64,000 nucleotides of DNA from Candidatus Poribacteria bacterium (lineage in GTDB: Bacteria > Poribacteria > WGA-4E > WGA-3G), in assembly GCA_965205015.1 (NCBI GenBank), contig OZ242029.1, positions 192,001 to 256,000 on the forward strand, written 5' to 3'. The position numbers and the translations under genes were made by a program. Numbering within the stretch: position 1 is the first letter of the stretch; every line of letters starts with the position of its first letter. Below, piece after piece: positions 48,682-59,030 of this stretch. The notes under the pieces were generated by a model, which did not search any database, was not told the DNA's origin, and saw nothing but the letters and a program-made list of their open reading frames with translations.

Positions 48682-51600
48682 CTAAAAATCCAAACTCACG
48701 CCCATCATAATCAACCGCGGGGAGCTCCATGACAGCGGATGCGAATGCTTCTGGTTGTCGAGCGGGATACCATATCGGTCGTACGTCACTGCATCCAAGA
48801 GATCGTCCAGATTCTTCGTATTGAAGATGTTCCGAATGTCGGCAAAGAAGGTATAGGTCAACCCACCAACCCGACTCCGTTTGCTGATCAGCGCGTCAAC
48901 ATTATAGGTCGGCGGATAACGCTTCGAGTTGATGTCTGGCTTGACAGGTGCCCTTGGATTCGGTGTGTAGGGCAAACCGCTGCCATATCTACCAATTAGA
49001 TTGATAGAGGAATCGAAGGGCAATTGGATGTCCAACAGTCCAGACAAGACATGACGTTGATCCCATGCCAACGGATGGCTTTCGGTTACGTCAGGCTGCT
49101 GTCGGTAGTAGGTGAGGTAACCCAGATTCCGGCTGGAGCCTTTTCCCTTCGCGACGGAATAGGTGTAACTAAGCATCCCAGAGACCGGACTTCCGCCTGC
49201 ACGCCACTTGCGAATGGTGAGTTCAAACCCTTGAACCCGACCATAGATGCCGTGGAGCATACCGTCGAATTCACCGTTGAGGAAGTAACTGTAATCGTTG
49301 GTAATGTCCACATGCACGCTATTGACAAGCTTATCAATATCCTTTGTGAACCCCGTGATGTCAATCGTTAAATCATCGGTGAATTGCCGGATAATACCGA
49401 CTTCATAAGCGATCGTCCGCTCTGGCTCCAAGTTAGGATTGCCCCTTCTTCGGATTGCACCCCGCATATCAAAACTGAGATTTTCGTAGAGATCATCCCC
49501 CCGCGGAATCTGATAGTAATGCCCGTAGGTGAAGTGCAACTTCGATCGGTCGGTAACCGGGAAGGAGATGCCGAGGCGTGGGGCGATCATGTGTTTGGTG
49601 GAAGCCTCAACAGGATCTTTGATGATCGGGAGTCCAACTTTATAGGTGCTTTTATCCAGTTTGATGGTGCCATCGTCGTTCAGTTCGAGCGGATCAAACG
49701 GGTCTGCGGGTGAGATCCCCGATGGATTATATAGGTCATATCGTAAACCAGCGTTGACGATCATGCCTTCATACTCCATCTTGTCCTGGAGATACATACT
49801 CAAGGATTGCGGTTGGACATCATAGTACTCCATATAGAGGTTGGAGCTTCCGTAATTTGTTGTACTGAGATTATAGAGATCGTATCCCAAGAACTCAACG
49901 CCTGTCTGGATCAGGTGATTCGCCGTGACTTGGCTGGCAAAATCCGCTCTTGCTATTGAAGTTGTTGCAGTGCTGGTCCCCCAAGAATTACTGTCACCGG
50001 CGACGAAATAGGTTGTATCGTTGTATGCCTGCTGGGGCGGGTTTCGGATCCTGCCTTCTTCCTGATTCTGCTCAAAGGATTTATCGGGATCCCATGCGTT
50101 TTCATCAAACGCCTTTTCCAACGGATCCCACACCTTTCCGGGTTGATGTGCCTCACCAGAACGATGAAATTGCCCAACCGTCAACGTATAGAAAGTCCCA
50201 GAGTTGATATTATGTGAGAGCCGCACAGACGTATTCCGCGCGCTTGAATTTGACACTGGAACGGCACTGGGCCAAAAGCGGAAGGAACCCCCATAGGAAT
50301 GGCTTTCGCCGCGATTGAAAAGCCCACTGGCGGTGAGTTTGATACTCGGTGTCACTTCAAACTTCAGTTTCCCTTGGAAGATATATGAGGTCCCATTGCT
50401 ATTCGGAAAATAACTGTGATTTCGTGAAAGTTGGCTGGAGGCAGCGAACGTTAACCGATTTCCCCATATCGGTCCGCTGAGCGCAAATTCACCGATATGG
50501 CTCGGAGATAGATTGTACTTCTTCGTGTCATTGAACAACCCACTATACTGTTCCAGGTCCACGACGTAGCCGTCCAACAAAGTAACCTGTCTCTTCTCAT
50601 AGTCGATAACAGTGCCATCGGCATCCCGATAGGGTTGACGCGTCATCATCGGTTCACCCGTATCGGCGTTAACTTGCGGTTCACCCGTTTCCGGATCTAT
50701 CACAGGCTGAAGTGGGTTTTCCGTCCTGTCCGCATATACGCCCGGGAAAATCTCCGTAAAGACGACCTGCTCGTCGCCTTCCCGCTCCGCTAACTCCGCA
50801 ACGGTGACCTCCTGTCCGCGGTAGGGTGTTTGATAGTCGTAGGGTTGCCCGAAGAAAATACCTCTGAAGGGTTCTATCGCAACCGGTCGAAATCCGTTGT
50901 CTGGATCCAGCCACGGACCGTATAACGGATCGCCGTGGTGCGTCCCCCACTGTCCAACCCGGTACCGGATTCTACCAGAAAATTTATTCGTTCCGACCTT
51001 CGTGATGAGATTAACGATACCGGATTGCGCATCACCGTGTTCCGCATTGAATCCGCCCGTGATAACCTCCATCTGTTCGAGGGAATTCGTGCCGATACTC
51101 AAGCCCAAACTTCTGCTGATCGGATTATTAATTGGGATACCGTCAATGAGATACCGAATCTCCATCGACCTGCCGCCCCGAATATGGGTTGAACCGGTTG
51201 CGTTTAGCACGGCAACGCCAGGTAAAGTCTGTAGAATGCCATTCACGGTATCGCGGGGCATCGCCTCAATATCGTCTGATTCAATGATTCGTGTCGACTG
51301 CGTAACATCCCGTTTGATGAGCGGCTTCACAGCCGTCACCGTTATCCCTTCAAGCTGCACCGTGGTGCTCTTTAGGGCAAAGTCTAACGTCGTCGTAAGA
51401 CCGGCGATCACCCTTGTCCCCGCCACAGTCTCCGCTGCATAACCTGTGAGTTCGACCTTCACATCATAACTTCCGGGCGGGATATTCGTCATAACATAGT
51501 AGCCAGCACTGTTGGTTGTGGCGGTGCTGCTCGTTCCGACGAGTGTTACCGTGACATTCGCCAGCGGTGTATGCGTCGCTTCAGCGGTGATGACCCCAGA

Positions 51601-51747
51601 AACTTTTCCAGTAATCGCCGCAGCAGCATCAAAGTTAACGGCTACCACCAAATACACAGCAACAAGTAAGAGAAACGGTCCTGTGGCGAAACTCGCAAGT
51701 TTCTGAAACGTGCCGCTAAAAGTTTTTAAGATACTATTTTTCTTCAA
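48682..51747 (-). CDS. TonB-dependent receptor with N-terminal carboxypeptidase-regulatory-like domain
   Basis: GKVSG.I, HIRGGR, ITGGFNAEHG, PRLGISFP, GNPNLEPE, C-terminal Phe. Confidence 0.92.
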   Translation of the reverse strand: MKKNSILKTFSGTFQKLASFATGPFLLLVAVYLVVAVNFDAAAAITGKVSGVITAEATHTPLANVTVTLVGTSSTATTNSAGYYVMTNIPPGSYDVKVELTGYAAETVAGTRVIAGLTTTLDFALKSTTVQLEGITVTAVKPLIKRDVTQSTRIIESDDIEAMPRDTVNGILQTLPGVAVLNATGSTHIRGGRSMEIRYLIDGIPINNPISRSLGLSIGTNSLEQMEVITGGFNAEHGDAQSGIVNLITKVGTNKFSGRIRYRVGQWGTHHGDPLYGPWLDPDNGFRPVAIEPFRGIFFGQPYDYQTPYRGQEVTVAELAEREGDEQVVFTEIFPGVYADRTENPLQPVIDPETGEPQVNADTGEPMMTRQPYRDADGTVIDYEKRQVTLLDGYVVDLEQYSGLFNDTKKYNLSPSHIGEFALSGPIWGNRLTFAASSQLSRNHSYFPNSNGTSYIFQGKLKFEVTPSIKLTASGLFNRGESHSYGGSFRFWPSAVPVSNSSARNTSVRLSHNINSGTFYTLTVGQFHRSGEAHQPGKVWDPLEKAFDENAWDPDKSFEQNQEEGRIRNPPQQAYNDTTYFVAGDSNSWGTSTATTSIARADFASQVTANHLIQTGVEFLGYDLYNLSTTNYGSSNLYMEYYDVQPQSLSMYLQDKMEYEGMIVNAGLRYDLYNPSGISPADPFDPLELNDDGTIKLDKSTYKVGLPIIKDPVEASTKHMIAPRLGISFPVTDRSKLHFTYGHYYQIPRGDDLYENLSFDMRGAIRRRGNPNLEPERTIAYEVGIIRQFTDDLTIDITGFTKDIDKLVNSVHVDITNDYSYFLNGEFDGMLHGIYGRVQGFELTIRKWRAGGSPVSGMLSYTYSVAKGKGSSRNLGYLTYYRQQPDVTESHPLAWDQRHVLSGLLDIQLPFDSSINLIGRYGSGLPYTPNPRAPVKPDINSKRYPPTYNVDALISKRSRVGGLTYTFFADIRNIFNTKNLDDLLDAVTYDRYGIPLDNQKHSHPLSWSSPRLIMMGVSLDF

Positions 51748-51835
51748 TTTGATAACTCCTTATCTGTTCTGAATGTTTCCAGACTAAATATATAAAATTT
51801 TGAGTGAGAAACCCAGCGTATAAATCGTTTGGGGT

Positions 51836-52600
51836 CTACAAAACATTCTCAATAAATCTGAGGCTTTTTAAGGTGCGTTCGGTATGATATTCAATGAAAT
51901 TGCCAAGCAGACGCTTAAGTTCCTGATGATTGCGGGTAGAGGCGCGGATTCGGTTGAACCGCTCCCATTCAGATTTCCGAAGCACTTTCAGTAATTCGCA
52001 ACTACCGAGTGCGATTGTAAAGGCAGCACCGTCTCGATTTTTGCACTCACCACACAGTACACCGCCGTATCGGACGCTGAAAGCGATGCCGAAGCCCTCT
52101 GTCGTTCCCCTTTTTACAGCTGAACCACACTGCACACACCGTGAAAGTTCCGGTCCATATCCCGCACAATCGAGAAACTTAATCTCAAACCCCCTGGCGA
52201 GCAAAGGAATATCATCCGCATGAACTAAAGCGTGGTAGGTGGTGTGGAGGAGATTGAAAATCTCAGGGCTGGCGATCCCTTCTGAGGCGATGCTATCTAC
52301 CAATTCAGCGAAATAGCACCCGTAGGTGATACGCGTGAAATCGGAACGGATCGCGTCAAACCCGTCAATCAGATTGAAGTCGGTGATGTTTTGCAATTCC
52401 CGATTTTCGCGATGCTGAAAGAGGAGTGTCCCGTGGTTGAGGAGTTCCAAACTTCCACTGAGGCGACTCTTTGGACTTTTCACGCCGTAAGCGACCGCTT
52501 TAATTTTCCCGAAGTCAGGCGTGTAGAAGGTAATAATTTTATGGAATTCTTGAAGGGGAAAGGTGCGAATGACAATCGCTTGGGTCTTTTGAGCTGCCAT
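51836..52600 (-). CDS. recO: DNA repair protein RecO
   Basis: GKIKAVAYG...KSRL, GYGPEL..CVQC...C..C, LKSLRF. Confidence 0.92.
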   Translation of the reverse strand: MAAQKTQAIVIRTFPLQEFHKIITFYTPDFGKIKAVAYGVKSPKSRLSGSLELLNHGTLLFQHRENRELQNITDFNLIDGFDAIRSDFTRITYGCYFAELVDSIASEGIASPEIFNLLHTTYHALVHADDIPLLARGFEIKFLDCAGYGPELSRCVQCGSAVKRGTTEGFGIAFSVRYGGVLCGECKNRDGAAFTIALGSCELLKVLRKSEWERFNRIRASTRNHQELKRLLGNFIEYHTERTLKSLRFIENVL

Positions 52601-52642
52601 GGTTCCATGTGTGGTGAACGCGCGTTCACTGAGGGAATAAAA

Positions 52643-52717
<75 letters not shown>

Positions 52718-52729
52718 TTCTTATGTTTA

Positions 52730-52758
52730 ATTATACCGTGCCTGTCGGGCGTTGTCAA
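52730..52758 (-). promoter_or_regulatory. Consensus sigma70 promoter for tRNA-Pro (and possibly recO)
   Basis: TTGACA-17 nt-TATAAT on the minus strand. Confidence 0.8.
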
Positions 52759-52864
52759 ATTTTAATTTCAAACTTGTAACGTTCAGACAAACCCGATCCC
52801 CTTTGGAGACCAACACGGTTTAAAAAGTCACCTATGGAATGGACCCCCAATACTTCCCACGCGA

Positions 52865-54145
52865 CTAAGAGACATCGCCGGTGTGGATATCCGGCATCTG
52901 CAGGTGAATCCTACGGACGCGTCGTTCATCCGCCTCAAATATGGTAAAACGGATACCGCGGTAGGTAAATTGTGTTCCCCGTTCAGGCACACGTCCGAGA
53001 TGATCTACAACGAAGCCACCGATCGTATCAATGTTTTCCGCTTCAAGTTCTGTCCCGAGTCTTTCGTTCAACTCAATAAGATTCAGTCTCGCATCAATCG
53101 AATAGGTGTTGGCATCCATCTGAACGTAGTCATCCTGTTCGTCCATCTCGTCTTCATCGTGAATTTCGCCGACAATTTCTTCGATGATGTTTTCTAAGGT
53201 TACGATCCCGGCGGTGCCACCGTATTCGTCCACAACGATTGCGATGTGCTGCTTATGCGCCCGAAGCTCGCGGAAGAGTTCTGAAATATTCTTGCTCTCC
53301 GGTGTGAAAAATGGACTCCGACCAACAATCAACTCCCGCAGATTGATCGGTTTGCCTTCCTCCCAGTAATCCAACATATCTTTAACGTGCAAAATTCCGA
53401 TGATCCGGTCGATGGTTTCCTCATAGATTGGAATACGGGTATGTCGGCAGGCGATGGTTGTCTGTAAAACCTCGTCCGCAGGAGTGGTAACTTCAAGACA
53501 GATCATATCCGTCCGGGCAACCATGATTTCCCGAACAACTTTGTCCGGTAAGTCTAAAATCCGAGAGATCATTTCTCGGTCATCCGGTTCCAAGATTTCT
53601 TGGCTATCGGCGACGTTGTCGAGCGTCTCCAAAACCTCTGGGGATACGAGGCTGTCTTGCGCTGAGGTAACTTTACCTCCAAAGACACGGACAATAAGGT
53701 TGGCGAGAAAATTTAAGGGGATTAAGACTAAGAACCCACCCCAATAGATCGCACGGAGTACACTGAGGGCTCGAATCGTGGCTTCACCCGTGCTACCCTG
53801 GACATAATTTTTGGGGAATAACTCCGTAAAGACGACGAAACAGGCGACGGCGAGTGCCGCATTTGCCACAGGGTATTCCCAAAACGTCATAAATACCATA
53901 ACGCTCACCACTATCAGAATCGTTTTGGCAGTGATAAGGGTCAACGAATAGCGGCGTGGGTTGCGTAACAGGGAGGTCAGTAGTTCGTAGCGTTTGCCTC
54001 CCTCCTCGGCAAACCTGAGAATATCATCTCGCGTTAACCGAGCAAGTAACGCTTCGGCAGCTGAAAACAGCGCATTGAGAATTAAAAGTATGCCTAAGCT
54101 AACAAGTTTGATGACTAAGTCTAGGTCGTCCAAACGTAAAATCAC
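52865..54145 (-). CDS. Hemolysin family HlyC/CorC (CNNM-CBS) protein
   Basis: FSAAE, ELFPK, HTRIPIY, VVDEYGGTAGIVT.E.IIEEIVGEI.DE. Confidence 0.92.
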   Translation of the reverse strand: MILRLDDLDLVIKLVSLGILLILNALFSAAEALLARLTRDDILRFAEEGGKRYELLTSLLRNPRRYSLTLITAKTILIVVSVMVFMTFWEYPVANAALAVACFVVFTELFPKNYVQGSTGEATIRALSVLRAIYWGGFLVLIPLNFLANLIVRVFGGKVTSAQDSLVSPEVLETLDNVADSQEILEPDDREMISRILDLPDKVVREIMVARTDMICLEVTTPADEVLQTTIACRHTRIPIYEETIDRIIGILHVKDMLDYWEEGKPINLRELIVGRSPFFTPESKNISELFRELRAHKQHIAIVVDEYGGTAGIVTLENIIEEIVGEIHDEDEMDEQDDYVQMDANTYSIDARLNLIELNERLGTELEAENIDTIGGFVVDHLGRVPERGTQFTYRGIRFTIFEADERRVRRIHLQMPDIHTGDVS

Positions 54146-54206
54146 ACTCCTAATAACGGACCAATTTCGCGGTGTTCAGAAGACAACAGACAACACACTA
54201 CAGTGC

Positions 54207-54650
54207 CTACAAGAGACGAAAGATACTTTCCTGCTTTTCAAACATGGTCTTGGCTGCCTCTTTCGTTTGATGGTCGTAACCGAGTAGATGTAGCATGCCG
54301 TGGACTGTGAGCAATGCGGTTTCAGTTTCAAGGTTACCGCAAGCACCACTGAGTCCGTCCCTCGTCGATGCTTGTCGCGCCGCAGTTTCAAGGGACACAA
54401 CGAGATCTCCGAGTAAACTTGGATTTATATCGCCATCTTCACCTTCACGCATTGAAAACGCTAATACATCTGTTGGTGCATCAATACCACGATACTCGCG
54501 GTTAAGTTGTCTTATGTCAATATCATCTGTCAAGAGGACGCTAACTTCACTCGGTTCTGCGTCATGCGCCTTTAACGTGGCACGCACCGCGTTGTAAACC
54601 ACTCCTATATCAAAAGTAGTATTGCGACTCGTATTGGTAACCCGAATCAA
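54207..54650 (-). CDS. ybeY: rRNA maturation RNase YbeY
   Basis: LN.EYRG.DAPTDVL.F, HGMLHLLGYDH. Confidence 0.95.
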   Translation of the reverse strand: MIRVTNTSRNTTFDIGVVYNAVRATLKAHDAEPSEVSVLLTDDIDIRQLNREYRGIDAPTDVLAFSMREGEDGDINPSLLGDLVVSLETAARQASTRDGLSGACGNLETETALLTVHGMLHLLGYDHQTKEAAKTMFEKQESIFRLL

Positions 54651-54655
54651 AACGG

Positions 54656-55672
54656 TTATCCTTCTCTACTCGAGACATCCGATGGATCTATCCCGTTCCG
54701 TCTCGTATTGTGCGGCGATGCCTGCTCATAAGCCTCGACAATGCGTTGGACCAGTTCATGCCGCACGACATCAACCTTGGAAAAATAGATGAACTGGATT
54801 CCTTTTATACCCGAAAGTACCTCTTGTGCGTCCGCGAGTCCTGAGACCTTATGGTTCGGAAGATCCGTCTGCGTAATATCACCCGTAACGACCGCTTTTG
54901 AATCGAACCCGAGTCGGGTCAAAAACATCTTCATTTGCTCAATAGTGGCGTTTTGTGCTTCATCCAGGACGACAAACGAGTTATTGAGGGTCCTGCCTCG
55001 CATGAAAGCGATAGGCGCGACTTCAATAACATTTCGCTCAATATATTTGTCAAGAGCCTCTGGGGGCATCATGTCGTAAAGGGCATCGTATAACGGACGT
55101 AGATATGGATGGACTTTGTCTGCAATGTCACCCGGTAGGAAACCGAGCCGTTCACCGGCTTCAACGGCTGGACGTGTCAAAATAATACGACTCACCTGCC
55201 CGCTTTTGAGAGCGGAAACCGCCATTGCCATAGCGAGATACGTCTTTCCCGTTCCTGCCGGTCCGATGCCGAAGACCAAGTCGTTGTGCTTAATTGCCTC
55301 AACATAGCGTTTCTGCCCAGCAGTTTTGGGACGAATTACACCGCGTTTCGAGAAGACTGGAATCGACTCGGCTCCAGTTTCATCTAAAATATCTCGTTCA
55401 CCAGCACTCGACGCTCGAATTACATAGTTGACATCGGCTGCCTGAACGCGTTCTCCTTTCCGGATGCGGTGAAGTAGGGATTCGAGAACCGTTGTCACCC
55501 GGTTAACTTCAGTGATATCTTCACCAATGACAGCAAGACTGTCACTTTTCAAAACAACGCGAACATCAAATCCATCTTCAATAATTTTCAAGAAGGCATC
55601 GCTCTGCCCGAAGAGGGCTTGTACCTCAGCGTTGCTCTGTATGGGAACGCCCTTCGATTCTTGTTTTTGCAA
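54656..55672 (-). CDS. phoH: PhoH family ATPase
   Basis: GPAGTGKT, RPAVEAGE.LGFLPGD, MRGRT, DEAQN. Confidence 0.95.
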   Translation of the reverse strand: MQKQESKGVPIQSNAEVQALFGQSDAFLKIIEDGFDVRVVLKSDSLAVIGEDITEVNRVTTVLESLLHRIRKGERVQAADVNYVIRASSAGERDILDETGAESIPVFSKRGVIRPKTAGQKRYVEAIKHNDLVFGIGPAGTGKTYLAMAMAVSALKSGQVSRIILTRPAVEAGERLGFLPGDIADKVHPYLRPLYDALYDMMPPEALDKYIERNVIEVAPIAFMRGRTLNNSFVVLDEAQNATIEQMKMFLTRLGFDSKAVVTGDITQTDLPNHKVSGLADAQEVLSGIKGIQFIYFSKVDVVRHELVQRIVEAYEQASPHNTRRNGIDPSDVSSREG

Positions 55673-55901
55673 TCGGATTCTAATCCTCCGGTTATTTAAA
55701 CGTGAAACCTATAGTTTCACATTGTGTGTTCTGTCTAACCTTAACGCAACTGCTAAAAAATGTCAAATTTCAGAAATTATACACAATCAGTTTCTCGATG
55801 GGTGAAGTTTCAATCAGCACCCGCAGAAATAACTTGTGAATAAATCCTATTGAGTTACTTTTATTTTACAAGATTCCCAAACAAAAGTCAAGCGGATTTT
55901 A

Positions 55902-56567
55902 TTATCTGCCATAGAATTTAATTTCTCGGATCGCAGCGCCCTTCAAAGGAATGTCAATTACTTCGTTACCCGCTCCGTCATCAAACCGCGTAGCATTCCG
56001 CCGGTCCTCCATAGCGTTTGCTGTCACGCGCAGGTAAAGCAGTTCCCTGCCGACTTGGAATTTGACCGGTTTTGTGCCCTCTACATCTTTATGCTGTTTG
56101 TCATGCACAGGTTTGAAGCCTGTACCGGATTGACCCAGGTGATAGGTTGAATCTTCCAATGTTGTGCTCAGCGCCAAATTGGGAATGCGCGACGCCGGAT
56201 AAACTTCAACGGTACTCACGTACATCGGTTTTTCCAGCTGAATCAAAATCTCGCATCGGATTGTTCCATCCAGCTCCGTTAGATACCGGTTTCTGAGGGA
56301 GAAGTACCCTGCGCCTCCCACAACACCGTGGCTCTTTTTCACGTCCCCTCGCACATCAAAAGTCCCGATTGTTTCCAAATTACCATCCACTATTTCGGGA
56401 TGGGTGTCGCAGGTCAGCCGTGAAGAGGCGATCTCCTCAATAGGCGTGTCCCGAAGCCAAGATAGACTTGATGGCAGCATTTCCGTTCCCGACTTCCCTT
56501 GAAGTCCTACACAACCAGCGATGCTGAACGATAGAAACAATAAAATGCTAAACGTCCATTTATTCAT
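55902..56567 (-). CDS. Hypothetical lipoprotein (discoidin-like), paralog of its neighbour
   Basis: IAGC lipobox; SRLTC, VDGNLET, EVYPAS and IPLKGAAIRE shared with the neighbour. Confidence 0.7.
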   Translation of the reverse strand: MNKWTFSILLFLSFSIAGCVGLQGKSGTEMLPSSLSWLRDTPIEEIASSRLTCDTHPEIVDGNLETIGTFDVRGDVKKSHGVVGGAGYFSLRNRYLTELDGTIRCEILIQLEKPMYVSTVEVYPASRIPNLALSTTLEDSTYHLGQSGTGFKPVHDKQHKDVEGTKPVKFQVGRELLYLRVTANAMEDRRNATRFDDGAGNEVIDIPLKGAAIREIKFYGR

Positions 56568-56585
56568 CTCCTTGCTCCTTTCCCG

Positions 56586-57185
56586 TTATGGGGTCTGACG
56601 AATGTAAAATTTGACTTCGCGAATGGCAGCACCTTTCAGTGGAATCTCAACACCTGAGTTTGCGGTCCGAGTGGAATTCTGTCTGTCCTCTATTCCATCT
56701 GCCCCAATTCGTAGATAAAGCACTTCCCGCTCAATGCGAAAACGCACCGGAGTCAACCCCTCTATGTCCTGATGCTGTTTATCGGACACTCGTTCAAAGG
56801 CGACATCAAAGCGTGGGGGATCATCGGTTGTCGTCATCATCGCGAAATTTGGGATCCGTCGCGATGCCGGATAGACCTCCACATACGAAATATAAGTCGG
56901 AGCATCCAGTTTGATAATCGCTTCCGTGCGACGTTGCCCTTCAACCTGCGTTATGTAACGCCGTTGTGCATAGGCGAGCCCGCGCCCCTGACCCTGGTGA
57001 AGTAGATACGCTTTTCGGACAAACCCCTTCACCTCGAATGTGCTCTCTGTCTCCAGATTACCATCTACAAATTCCGGGTTAGACTCACAAGTGAGACGCG
57101 ACGCTGCCATCTCACCAATGGGCTGATTCAGTGCAGCACACCCCGTAATGCCGATAAGCAAAACAAACAAACCGTAGATTCTCAT
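56586..57185 (-). CDS. Hypothetical lipoprotein (discoidin-like), paralog of its neighbour
   Basis: ITGC lipobox; same shared motifs; start MRIYG chosen from GGAGG RBS. Confidence 0.7.
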   Translation of the reverse strand: MRIYGLFVLLIGITGCAALNQPIGEMAASRLTCESNPEFVDGNLETESTFEVKGFVRKAYLLHQGQGRGLAYAQRRYITQVEGQRRTEAIIKLDAPTYISYVEVYPASRRIPNFAMMTTTDDPPRFDVAFERVSDKQHQDIEGLTPVRFRIEREVLYLRIGADGIEDRQNSTRTANSGVEIPLKGAAIREVKFYIRQTP

Positions 57186-57231
57186 TTTTTCCTCCCGTTG
57201 CATGTTTACGGCACACGGCGTGTGCCTCATA

Positions 57232-58275
57232 TTATATCGGGACGGCTACATTGAAACGTTCTGCGGCTTCAACGAGGCGATTCCAAGTCGGTGCCTCAAT
57301 CGGTATTCCCTCTTGCAGGCGTTTCTCGCGGCTCCGTTCCTCGAATTCTCCAGGTACATAGATTTCGTCAACACCGGGCAACCGAGCGGATGACTTCACC
57401 CACTCTACAAGATACGCAATCTCCTGTTCATAATCCGCTAAGTCGATGAAATCTTCAATTTTAATCGCAAACATCACAATGCCACTTGCGCCACGGGTCG
57501 GTTGTTCACGGCTACATCCCGCCCAAGAAAGTCCACCCGCGATGGCATCTATCATCACACCGAGACCAAAACCTTTGTGCCCGAACTGAAAACCTCCAAG
57601 CGGCATAACGGCAGTGTCCTGTGGGCGTTCACGAAACGCATTCGGATCCGTGAGCGGCTTCCCTTCGGCATCTATCATCCAGCCTTCCGGTATCGCTTCA
57701 CCGCGCGCCATCTGGACGAGCAATTTTCCGCCTGCGACGACACTGAGCGTCATATCAAGAAGAAGGGGTTCCCCGTCTTGACGCGGCACCGAGATCGCAA
57801 TCGGATTCGGTGGCAGTCGCCGCGAAGTACCACCGTGCGGGTGCATGAAGCGTCCACCGCCGTTGAGCAGAACGATCCCGATCATGCCCGCACGTGCCGC
57901 AATCGGTGGATATTCCCCCATCCGTCCTGCGTGTCCACACCGATGTAAACCGACCGCACCGATCGTGCAACTCTCTGCCTTTTCGATAGCCATCTCCATC
58001 GCCTTACGTGCGGCAACCATGCCGAGTGCCCCATTGGCGTTGATAACGGTGGCTGCACCGCTTTCCCTGACAATCTCCATCCTATCTGCCGCGGGACCGC
58101 CCTCCATCCCACCGATGTAGTTCGGTGCGTTGATGACACCGTGTGAATCGTGTCCGACGAGATTAGAATCGACAACGTGGTCACTGACGATACGTGCGTC
58201 CTCCTCCGTACCCCCAGCCCCGCGATATATGTCATACACAAACTTTCTCAAAACATCATGAGCTACAACTGGCAT
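57232..58275 (-). CDS. Ldh_2 (malate/L-lactate/ureidoglycolate dehydrogenase) family oxidoreductase
   Basis: GHDSHG, H.GR.G, NPI, GHKGFGL, PGE. Confidence 0.9.
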   Translation of the reverse strand: MPVVAHDVLRKFVYDIYRGAGGTEEDARIVSDHVVDSNLVGHDSHGVINAPNYIGGMEGGPAADRMEIVRESGAATVINANGALGMVAARKAMEMAIEKAESCTIGAVGLHRCGHAGRMGEYPPIAARAGMIGIVLLNGGGRFMHPHGGTSRRLPPNPIAISVPRQDGEPLLLDMTLSVVAGGKLLVQMARGEAIPEGWMIDAEGKPLTDPNAFRERPQDTAVMPLGGFQFGHKGFGLGVMIDAIAGGLSWAGCSREQPTRGASGIVMFAIKIEDFIDLADYEQEIAYLVEWVKSSARLPGVDEIYVPGEFEERSREKRLQEGIPIEAPTWNRLVEAAERFNVAVPI

Positions 58276-58347
58276 AAATGTCCTCCTTATTGAATTTAAA
58301 ATTTGGAAGATGGATACAAACACTTGGCATCTGGATTGGTGTCTCAC

Positions 58348-58944
58348 CTACAACTGATTCCTATCAAATTCAACACGCCTATAAATGTCCGGTAAGGACA
58401 AGGCACATTCAATTGAAACAAGCGAGAGGATATTTTCAAGCGAGCGAAATTCGGTGAGTTTCCACTCTGTTTCTTGCCGACGATAATGTTCAATATGCAC
58501 TTCGTCTTGTGAAACAAGGATGTATTCTTGTAGGGACGTAAGTTGCTGATAGCTCTTGAACTTCTCTCCTCGATCATACGCTTGGGTTGACGGAGAGAGG
58601 ACTTCTACTAAAACGATCGGGTTGAGAAGTGTATCAAAAGCGTTATCCGCAAAGCGAGGTTCACCACAGACGACAACGACATCCGGATAGAAGTAGGAGG
58701 TTTCAGGGTGAGTCCGCACGCGCATGTCGTTAGTGTGGACTTCACAGATGCCTCCTTTTAATTGAATATAAAGTTCTCCAGAGATGTTCGTTACAATGAG
58801 ACTATGTTCGCGACTTGCCCCGGACATAGCGATTATTTCCCCGCGCAAGTATTCATGTTTCGTATCGGACTTGCGTTCCCAATCGAGATATTCCTTGGGG
58901 GTTAGATAGGTTTGTACTGCGGCAGATGACATGGTAGCCTCCAT
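58348..58944 (-). CDS. Uma2 family endonuclease
   Basis: KHEY..G.I.AM.G, YPDVVV, VEVLSPST, EYILV. Confidence 0.9.
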   Translation of the reverse strand: MEATMSSAAVQTYLTPKEYLDWERKSDTKHEYLRGEIIAMSGASREHSLIVTNISGELYIQLKGGICEVHTNDMRVRTHPETSYFYPDVVVVCGEPRFADNAFDTLLNPIVLVEVLSPSTQAYDRGEKFKSYQQLTSLQEYILVSQDEVHIEHYRRQETEWKLTEFRSLENILSLVSIECALSLPDIYRRVEFDRNQL

Positions 58945-59030
58945 AAAAACATCATGGCGCGTTTTTCAGAAATGCTTTTGTTAAAAGTGTAACCTCCGAT
59001 AGAAGAATTTTCAATGCTTCATATTATCTT

